A stretch of 64,000 nucleotides of DNA, from NCBI GenBank assembly GCA_964016885.1, contig OZ024740.1:397606001-397670000 (forward strand), in the 5' to 3' direction. Positions 54,206-64,000 of the stretch are shown in pieces (within the stretch, counting starts at the first letter, position 1; every line of letters starts with the position of its first letter). The position numbers and the translations under genes are program-made. This DNA is from Eledone cirrhosa (Eukaryota). The notes below the pieces were generated by a model. That model worked only from the letters and a program-made list of their open reading frames with translations. It had not been told where the DNA came from and did not search any database.

Positions 54206-55836
54206 TGGTTTTGTGTCGGGTAAAAGTATGACAGATGCTCTTATCCATGTACAACAACTACAGGAGAAGTACCTAGCTAAAAGTAAACCCTTCTACTTGT
54301 TGGCTTGGTGGGCCCTTAGAAAACTAGGTGTAGATGAATGGCTTGTGAGAGCTATACAAGCCATGTATAAAGAAACAGCAAGGTTAGAATTAACAATGAA
54401 TATAATGAAGAATTTAGCGTAGAAGTTTGTGTTCATCAAGGCTCTGTCCTTAGCCTCCTCCTGTTTATTATTGCCCTTCAAGCTATAACAGAGGAGTTCA
54501 AGACTGGCTGCCCATGAGAACTTCTATACGCAGATGATCTAACTCTCATAGCTGAATCTATGGCTGAACTAGAGAAGAAATTCCAAACATGGAAGCATAG
54601 CCTAGAATCAAAAGGCCTTAAAGTCAACTTGTCTAAGACTAAAGTTCTAGTATGTAGAAAGGAAAATAGGGCACAGGTGCCCTCTGGGAAATGGCCATGT
54701 TCAGAGTGTAGGAAAGGAGTAGGTAGAAATTCCATTTTATGTCCCAAATGCAAACTATGGGTACATAAAAGATGTAATGGGATCACAGGCAAGCTATCTA
54801 AGAACGTAGATTTTATATGTGACCGATGCTCAGGTGCAATAAGTAGCAAGTGCCCACAGGACACTAGATCCTTCTACTGCCCAGATGGTTCTATAGAAAT
54901 AGTGGACACTTTCCGTTACCTGGGTGACAAAATCAGCAGTGGTGGAGGGTGCTCTGAAAGTACAGTAGCCAGAGTTAGAATGGGATGGAAAAGGTTCAGA
55001 GAGCTTATACTGCTGTTGGCCACAAAAGATTTCTCTCTAAAAATGAAAGGCAGATTGTATGATGTCTGTATACAAACAGCAATGTTACATGGCAGTGAGA
55101 CATGGGCATTGTGTGCAAAGGAACGAAGCATGCATGCTCCATTGGACGTGTAATAGTAATGTACGCGAACGGCAAAACATAAATGAACTAAGTGAGAAAT
55201 TAGGAATAAGAGGGATGAGATGCTGTTTACTTGAGAGAAGACTGTTGGTATGGTCAAGTGATGCTCAAGAAAGACGACAGCTGTATAAAAAAAAGTGCAG
55301 GGCGATCAAAATTGATGTAAGTTACGGAGTAGATAGACCCAGAAATACCTGGGACAATTTGATAAATTCTGACCTTACACACTTACACCTCTCTAAGACA
55401 ATGTCACTGGACCGAGATCTTTGACGCTACGCAGTAATACCGAAGACCCGCCTTGCCTATGTACAAAGTGAAACCTACAGTCAGTAGGCCCCTCCAAACC
55501 AAACACCCCAACCCACTACCCCACTCCATCCTTTCTCTGTAAAGTTATGTTGGTACCACAACATCCAGTCCAAACTAATGAGGTCATGTAGGTGTCACGA
55601 CAAAAAAACACAGTCCACGCTGTAATGTGGTCGTGTAGGTAACACGGTAAAAAGCTCCCAGTCCACACAGTAAATGTGGTTGGTGTTAGGAAGGGCATCC
55701 AGCCGTAGAAAACCTGCCAGATAGTCCTATACGAGCGAGACACGGTCACCCGACCAATCTTGCCTCAAGTGGGACAATTCCCGTCTAACTCATGCTAGCG
55801 TGGAAGATAGATGTTAAACGATGATGATGATGATGA
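54206..55836 (+). mobile_element. RTE subfamily A(-like), 5'-truncated
   Basis: RT/PHD motifs, same 3' UTR as 15420-15955, (GAT)n tail. Confidence 0.9.
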
Positions 55837-55859
55837 TTGTTAGAAATTGTTTTTATCAC

Positions 55860-57021
55860 ATTAGAGATGGTGGAACAATACTATGATTAGAGCCATTAAA
55901 GCTAAGGGTCAGGCATGGAAAGACTGGAAAAATTATGGCTGCAAAGATCAGTATGAAGTAGCTAAAAGAGAAGCTATATAGGTTTACACATAGCATGTAG
56001 TGAAGCTGAAGGCAAGAAGTTTGCTAGTGACCTATGATGTGAAGATCAAAGGCATGAAGTATTCCCGATTTGGGATGTTAGGGGGGAAACTGTTTGGAAT
56101 GATACAGGTGCACTTAGCTTCACAGATACTCAGAAGAGAAAACATTATTGAGAGAACCTGATGGATATGAAGAATAAGTGGCAGAAGAACTACCACAGTG
56201 GACTCAAAAAAAGGGTCAGCTATTGAAGTTGACAATTATAGGGTTAAAGAAACAATCAAAGGGGATGATACATGGAAAAGCTGCTGGACCATCAGTGATA
56301 GTTGATATGCTAAAATCATCTGGTGAAGTAGGAGTTGAACTTGTCACATTGCATAGTTACTCTGGTAATACAGGATGGCATCATACCCAATGATTGGCAG
56401 TAACAGTCGAATCATTAATTGTTACAAGGGAAAAGGTGGTGCTCTAGAAAGGAGCAACTACAGAGCCATAAAACTGATGGATCAAGTTATGAAAGTGATG
56501 GAAAGAGTGTTAGTACAACTAATTAGAGAGTCAAATTAGATGAGATGCAGTTTGGTTTGATTTTTGGAAGGAGCATCACAGATGCCTTCTTAGTGAAACA
56601 AGAGAAGTTCCTAGCTAAGTATAAGCTACTATATCTAACTAGTTAATCTGAAGAAGGCATTTGACAGAGAACCTTGATCTGTCATCTGGTGGTCTTTAGG
56701 GAAACTAGGTGTAGATGAGGCTTGTGAGAGTAGTACAAGCCATGTACAAGCATGAGATTAGGTAACAAGTTTAGTGATGAATTCAGTGTGCAAGTAGATG
56801 TGCATCAAGGCTCTGTCCTCAGTGTGCACTCCTGTTTGTTATAGCTATCCAGATCATAACAGAGGAGCTCATGACCAACTGTCCATGGGAACTTCTGTAT
56901 GCTGATGAACTGATTCTTATAGCTGAATCTGGAAGAAGTAGAGAAGAAATTCCTGTTATGGAAAGAAACAATTTAGAATCAAGAGTTCAGAATGAATTTA
57001 GCAAAGACTAAAGTTTTAGTA
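55860..57021 (+). mobile_element. Older degenerate RTE RT fragment
   Basis: WWN, GKAAGPS, CYKGKG, MQFG and HQGSVL remnants with many disruptions. Confidence 0.78.
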
Positions 57022-58498
57022 AGTAGTAAGGTTAGAATTAACTACGAATATAGTAAAGAGTTTAGCGTAAATGTTGGTGTTCATCAGGGCTCCGTTCTTA
57101 GTCCCCTACTATTTATTATTGCCCTTCAGGCTATAACAGAGGAGTTCAAGACCGGCTGCCCATGGGAACTCCTATACGCAGATGATCTAATGCTCATAGC
57201 TGAATCAATGGCAGAACTAGAGTAGAAATTCCAAACATGGAAGCATAGCCTAGAATCAAAAGGCCTTAAAATTAACCTGTCTAAGACTAAAGTTCTAGTT
57301 TGTAGGAAGGAAAATAGGGCACTGGTCCCATCTGGGAAATGGCCATGCTCAGTGTGTAGGAAAGGAGTAGGCAGAAACTCCATTTTATGTCCCAAATGCA
57401 AAGTATTGGTGCATAAAAGATGTAGTGGGATCACAGGAAGCTAACTAAGAATATAGATTTTATATGTGGCCGGTGCTCAGGTGCAATAAGTAGCAGCAAG
57501 TCCCCACAGAATACTAGCTCATTCCATTGCACAGATGGTTCTATAGAAATAATGGACACCTTCCGTTACCTGGGTGACAAAACCAGCAGTGGTGGAGGGT
57601 GCTCTGAAAGTACAGTAGCTAGAGTCAGAACGGGATGGAAAAAGTTCAGAGAGCTTATACCACTATTGGCTGCTAAAGGGTTCTCTCTAAAAATGAAAGG
57701 CAGGCTGTATGATGCCTGCATACGAACGGCAATGTTACATGGCAGTGAGACCTGGGCATTGTGTGCAGAGGATATATGCAGACTGGAGAGGAACGAAGCT
57801 TGCATGCTCCGCTGGATGTGTAATAGTAATATACGTGAACGGCAAAGCATAAATGAACTAAGGGAGAAATTAGGAATAAGAGGGATCAGATGTTGTTTAC
57901 TCGAGAGAAGACTACATTGGTATGGTTACGTGATGCACATGAAAGACGACAGCTGTATAACAAAGTGCAGGGCGATAAAAATAGACGGTAGCCACGGAGT
58001 AGGCAGACCAGAAAAACCTGGGACGACTTGATAAATTCCGACCTCACACACTTACACCTCTCCAAGACAATGTCACTGGACCGAGATCTTTGGCGCTACA
58101 CAGTAATACAGATGACCCGCCTTACCTAAGTACAAAGCAAAACCTACAGTCAGTAGGCACCTCTAACAAAAATACACCCCCCGTCTCACTACCCCCACAC
58201 CATCCCTTTCGATGTAAAGTTATGTTGGTACCACAACATCCAGGCTGAAACAAATGAGATCGTGTAGGTGTCACGACAAAAAAACACACAGTCCACGTTG
58301 TAATGTGGCCATGTAGGCAACACAGTAAAAACCTCCCAGTCCACACTGTAAATGTGGTTGGTGTTAGGAAGGGCATCCAGCCATAGAAAACCCGCCAGAC
58401 AGTCCTATATGAGCAAGACAACCAATCTTGCCTCAAGTGGGAAAATTCCCGTCCAAACCCATGCAAGCGTGGAAGATGGACGTTAAACGATGATGATG
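57022..58498 (+). mobile_element. RTE subfamily A, 5'-truncated
   Basis: High similarity to 14370-15955 including the 3' UTR and tail; ends ~105 nt before PDAP1 exon 3. Confidence 0.92.
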
Positions 58499-58604
58499 AG
58501 GAGGAAAGAAGATATGGTTCTGAGACTTTTTTTTATTGGCAATGTAAAATGTTTATACATTGCATTTTTTTTATCATAACATTTTTAAAAAAATTGAATT
58601 CCAG

Positions 58605-58682
58605 AAACAAAAGGGACTAGATTGTGAAGAAGGAACTAAAAGTGGTAGCTCGTCGTCTGAAGACAGTGACAGTGGAGAGGAG
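58605..58682 (+). CDS. PDAP1: PDAP1 exon 3 (KQKGLDCEEGTKSGSSSSEDSDSGEE)
   Basis: ttccAG / GTAAAT, 78 nt, phase 0/0; Ser/acidic tract expected at this position. Confidence 0.85.
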
Positions 58683-59049
58683 GTAAATATCTTTTATTTG
58701 GTGGTGTCTATTTTTTAAACTATTTCCTCGTAGTTTCAATTGGTGTTTTCTACAATTATATATAAGTAATATTCCTGAGGTTGAACTTGGAGGCTTATAT
58801 TTTAGCAGCGACTGATATTCTAACCACTTATATCATGGAAGACATTAGTAATTGTCATTTTAAAGTATTAAGTAATTGTCATTTTTTTTTTTTTGTGTCA
58901 AATCAATGCAGATAATTGTTTCCTGAGATGAGTTTTTAGTGATGTCATTTTCAGATTATTTCCTCACCTGAGATATATTGTTGACGCATTACAATTATCA
59001 TGTTAATGGACCATCAGCGGTAAACTACTAGTGGGGATAGAGCAATGGG

Positions 59050-61620
59050 TGACACCTGTAGCTCCCAAGAAAATTATGACAACCCAGTGATGTAGCTAAG
59101 ATGAGGCAAGTAAAGCCCTCTAAAAAAGCTTAATCCTCGTGGGTTTAAGAAAGTACCAGATTGGTGACTGGCATGAATAAAACCACCAAAACTGAAATAT
59201 GGTGAGAGGTACTGCTTTGTCCTTGGCACAGGTTAACAAGGAATGCATTCAGGCCTTAGCTAGAGGGGCCTGTTCAAAAAAATATATTGCAGTCTTCATT
59301 TCATGTTGCAAAAAGTTGTGATAGGCCTGCAAACTGTCATGGGAGTGTGGGATGGACGCACAGAGATTGCATATCTTGAGATCCCAAAGAAGATTCGGAA
59401 GGGAGCAAACCTTGACAATTGGGACCTGGAACATCACAACCCTTACAGGTAAGGAGCAGGAACTAATAGAGGAGGCTAGATGCTACCTTGACTCAGGATT
59501 TGGATGGAGGATGGGAAATCCACTATTCAGATGTGGCGCAAGGAATGACTGCACAAGCAGGAGTGGGGATATTCACAAGCCCCCGGCTGTCAGAATGTGT
59601 TATGGACTGGATACCATTAGGAAGGAGGATCTGCCTCAAGAAGCTTAGGCTGGAAGATATGTCTCTGTGGGTGGTGCAAGCTTATGCACCAAACAAGGAG
59701 TCCAAATACAGATCCTTCCTTGAAGTCACTAGAGCATTAGATGTAGTTAAACTGAGTCATATATCCTGATGAGAGACTTCAGTGAACATGTTGGCACTGA
59801 TTACCTGGCGTGGAAAGGAGTGATTGGAAGGAACGGCAATCCCAATCTAAATACGAATGGAGAGGTCTTAGTAGGCTTCTGTTCTAGCAATGGACCCTGT
59901 ATTATCAACACTTCCTTCCAGCACAGAGATCTATAAATATATAAGGGGCATCGGGGACAGAGATCAATAATTGATTTTGTTATTGTCTCTGATCTCTTCC
60001 ATTTTGTGCTGGATGTTAAGGGAAGGGCTAAGCTGTCAACTGATCATCATCATTTCATTTTACGTCTGCTTTTTCCCTGCTTTCAAGAGTGGGACGGGAA
60101 CTGATGCTGGCTTGATTTCTACAGCTGGATGCCCTTCCTAACACCAACCTCATTTACAGTGAGTGCTGGGTGCTTTTTTGCCGTGGCACCTCCACGACCA
60201 CTTTACTGTGGACTGATATGGACCCCAGTCCCTATCATCTCATTTCTACAGCTGAGTAAACTGGAGCAATGTGAAATAAAGTTTCTTGCTCAAGGAAACA
60301 ACACATCACTCGGTCTGAGAATTGAACTCCCAACCTTTCGATTGCAAGGCCAATGCTCTAACCACTAAGCCATGTGCCTCTATCTCGCCATCTAGTTATT
60401 TGCAACTTGGAGCCAAAGAAGCCCACAAAACTGGCAGGTCCAGGGCGACCTACTGGATAAAGTGAGAAGCATTGGTGGATAACAAAGTTAGGACTAGGTA
60501 TTAGCTGATGAACAGTGCAGTTTTCACCCCAGATACAGCACAGCCGACTAAATATTCTCACTGTGGCAGCTCTTTAAGAAATCATGGGAGTATTGCCAAG
60601 AGGTATATTCTTGTTTTGTACACCCCGTAAAGGCATGTAACTGCTGGTGAAGTTTCTGCAGGAGTATTGCATCAATAGTCAGATTCTTATTGTCCTGATG
60701 TCTCTACGAATGCCTGGGTATTTGAGTTTGATAACTGGTTCTAAATCAAAACCATCCAATGTTTGAGTCGGCCTCTACCAACGGTATGTACTGTCACCTC
60801 TCCTGTTCCTTATTTTCATGACAGGATTGACATGCGCAGCCGGGTTGGAAGTGGCTGGTGTAAAATCAGTCTGCTGGAATTTGCAATCCATAAGGTATTA
60901 CTTAACTCAAGAGAAGGTGAGCTCTGACTTGCACTTGATAGGTTTGATGCCAAGTGCTGCACAGCTGGAATGAAAATCAATGCTGCAAAAACTGAAAAAC
61001 TCGACCTTCTCCTCCTGCTTCAGTGGAACTTCATGTGAATGGAAATCCACTGAAGCAGGTGGCTGTGTTCATAAGTTATGGACAGCTAGAGGCTGAATTA
61101 AGTCCAAGAATTGCAGGAGCTTGTGCATTAATGCACCAATTTCAACAATCAGTAATCATAATAAGGGAGGTAGGTATAAAGGCCAAATACGCTATCTTCA
61201 ATTAGGTATTTGTGCTAGCCCATACCTATGGTTAGGAATCTTGGATAAGGACCGAAAGGATACAATCATGAATACAAGCAGCCAAAATGGGGTTCCTCCA
61301 AAGGGTCTTTGGGGTAGTGTTATTCAATTGAGTGTAGCTCGGAGATCAGTCGCTCCAGGTAGTGCCGCTACTTCTCCGAATTGAGAGATCACAGCTCCAA
61401 TACCTAGTGCATATGGTTAGAATGTTTCAGGAAAGAATCGCTGGACAGATTTTATGAGCAAAACGAACTGGTAGGAGACCCAGGGGCAGACCCTGAGCAA
61501 GATGGCTGGATAATATCTATGAGCTTGGCTGATTTCACTTGGGGATCCAGCCGGGTCAGTTGGAAGGTGTGTTTGTGGACTCTACTCCCCGCGACCCTCT
61601 CAGGAATGAGTGGGCGAAGA
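59050..61620 (+). mobile_element. Degenerate LINE of a different RTE-like lineage (no PHD seen), interrupted by a SINE at 60043-60380
   Basis: LTIGTWNITTLTGKE, AGVGIF, QAYAPN, IDF and STDH endonuclease remnants; related 3' fragment inverted at ~43120-43450. Confidence 0.7.
60043..60380 (-). mobile_element. SINE, same family as 7086-7527
   Basis: Reverse complement near-identical to the 7086 copy; splits an older LINE. Confidence 0.85.
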
Positions 61621-61990
61621 AGACATGTATGGCTTGAGGCCACCTGTAACAACTACATTTCCAATGAGACTTAACTAGTGACTACTTAACCATTAATTTA
61701 CAAGTTGAATTAATCCAAGAATTGAACCTGGAACTTTTATTTTGCCAATTGGTTTAGCTCAAGAACATCCCATGAGGATAAACTGAATACAGATGAAAGT
61801 GTTGTGTCAACAACACATTTAAAATAATTTGTAAAACAGAAATGATTATCTGAGAAATATAGATATGTATTGGTTTTTGAGAACATGAATATATTTTAAA
61901 TTTTAGATTTCATTTATCTTGACTTAAAAACATCATTATTCAAATTATCAATATTATATTATTATTTAATGGTCAACATGAATTTTCCAG

Positions 61991-62118
61991 AGCAAATCCA
62001 AAGGAGTTGGGCACCTTATAGATATTGATAATCCTAACCGGATCGTTAGCAAAACTAAAAAAGCCGCAGCTGTCCCTGTAGAACCAAATCCTGCTCAGAA
62101 TCTTTCAAGAAGGGAGAG
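61991..62118 (+). CDS. PDAP1: PDAP1 exon 4 (SKSKGVGHLIDIDNPNRIVSKTKK...NLSRRER); gene continues beyond the window
   Basis: ttttccAG / GTATGT, 128 nt; KGV..LI.I.NPNR and LSRRER motifs. Confidence 0.93.
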
Positions 62119-62524
62119 GTATGTATTTTCTTTTATATTTTAACTTCTGTAGTTTGAAACGTTTCAAGTTTGACTGAATTATTATGTTACTGTAGATTTT
62201 TAGCATTTTATTATGCTGTTAATGAAACCCAATATTTTATTTGATTCAATTTAAATATTTTAACATTGGCAAAGGAATTTTGCTCTCCAGCCGATGATTG
62301 AATGAAAGTTATTGGGGACAAAAAAAAAAATCCTTAAATTGCTGCAACAAGAAATGTTTTGAAACCAGTGGTGTATGTATGTGTTTGTGTCTTTACTGGA
62401 CATTCTTTCTGTTTCTCCAATGTCAAACTTTCTTTCCTCTTGCCAGTATAAAGCGAGAAACCAATAAGACGTTTTGTACCTCTGTTTGTTGTTTCCTTGA
62501 ACTATATATATATAACTATATATG

Positions 62525-64000
62525 TATAATAAGTAAGGCAATCAAAGATATGAAGACGGGTAAGGCGGCTGGGCCTTCGGAAATAGTTGCTGAAAGCCTC
62601 TGGAACGGTGGGACACACTATGGTCACCCGGATCGTAAACCAAGTCATACAGAATGGAGTCGTTCCGAAGGGTAAAGGAGATACCCTAGATAGGGGTAAC
62701 TATAGAGGCATTAAATCAATCGACCAGGTCATGAAGGTCACAGAAAAAGTAATAGCGCAACTAATCAAAGAGCGAATTGATCTAGATGAAATGCAGTTCG
62801 GGTTTGTGTCAGGTAAAAGTACCACAGACACTCTTTTCATTGTACGACAACTACAGAAGTACCTAGCTAAAAGTAAACCCCTATACTTAGCTTTTGTCGA
62901 CTTGGAGAAAGCCTTTGACAGAGTCCCCCGCTCCATTATCTGGTGGGCTCTTAGAAAAGTAGGAGTTGATGAATGGCTTGTGAGAGCTATACAAGCCATG
63001 TATAAAGAAACAGTCAGCAAGGTTAGAATTAACAATGAATATATTGAAGAGTTTAGCCTAAAAGTTGGTGTTCATCAGGGCTCCGTTCTTAGTCCCCTAC
63101 TATTTATTATTGCCCTTCGGGCTATAACAGAGGAGTTCAAGACCGGCTGCCCATGGGAACTCCTATACGCAGATGATCTAATGCTCATAGCTGAATCAAT
63201 GGCTGAACTAGAGAAGAAATTCCAAACATGGAAGCATGGCCTAGAATCAAAAGGCCTTAAAATTAACCTGTCTAAGACTAAAGTTCTAGTTTGTAGGAAG
63301 GAAAATAGGGCACCAGTCCCATCTGGGAAATGGCCATGCTCAGTGTGTAGGAAAGGAGTAGGCAGAAACTCCATTTTATGTGTCAAATGCAAAGTATTGG
63401 TGCATAAAAGTTGTAGTGGGATCACAGGTAAGCTAACTAAGAATATAAATTTTATATGTGGCCGGTGCTCAGGTGCAATAAGTAGCAGCAAGTGCCCACA
63501 GAATACTAGCTCATTCCATTGCACAGATGGTTCTATAGAAATAGTGGACACCTTCCGTTACCTGGGTGACAAAATCAGCAGTGGTGGAGAGTGCTCTGAA
63601 AGTACAGTAGCCAGAGTTAGAATGGGATGGAAAAGGTTCAGAGAGCTTATACTGCTGTTGGCCACAAAAGATTTCTCTCTAAAAATGAAAGGCAGATTGT
63701 ATGATGTCTGTATACAAACAGCAATGTTACATGACAGTGAGACTTGGGCATTGTGTGCAGAGGATATACGCAGACTGGAGAGGAACGAAGCTTGCATGCT
63801 CCGCTGGATGTGTAATAGTAATATACGTGAACGGCAAAGCATAAACGAACTAAGGGAGAAATTAGGAATAAGAGGGATCAGTGTTTACTCGAGAGAAGAC
63901 TACGTTGGTATGGCCATGTGATGCGCATGAAAGACGAGAGCTATATAAAAAAAGTGCAGGGCGATAAAAATAGACGGTAGGCACGGAGTAGGCAAACCCA
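62525..64000 (+). mobile_element. RTE subfamily A, 5'-truncated, runs off the window
   Basis: 444-aa RT/PHD frame 62587-63921; starts in a (TA)-rich patch. Confidence 0.92.

Overview
AT-rich, intron-rich animal genomic DNA. The SINE/RTE repertoire and microsatellite load suggest an octopod cephalopod (inference). I spliced three conserved housekeeping genes by hand. DERL1 (Derlin-1, minus strand): coding exons 1-7 in 743-26642, last exon beyond the left edge, intron 3 is U12-type. BUD31/G10 (minus strand): complete 144-aa CDS in 4 exons, 33634-46043, with one GC-AG intron. PDAP1 (plus strand): exons 1-4 in 46586-62118, continues past the right edge, head-to-head with BUD31. Much of the intronic sequence is transposon-derived: at least three subfamilies of RTE-clade LINEs carrying a PHD-type finger inside the RT region (one near-intact with a single stop), a CR1-like LINE, a Helitron, nine TTAA-flanked piggyBac-type MITEs and several SINE families. 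The most unusual signal is a modular RTE/SINE system. One ~45-nt-unit repeat module sits in the 5' UTR of one LINE subfamily, in the 3' UTR of two others, and in a SINE whose terminal tail comes from a different LINE subfamily than its body. No rRNA, intact tRNA or CRISPR array was found. All calls are by eye, homology statements come from recalled family knowledge rather than searches, and TE boundaries are approximate.
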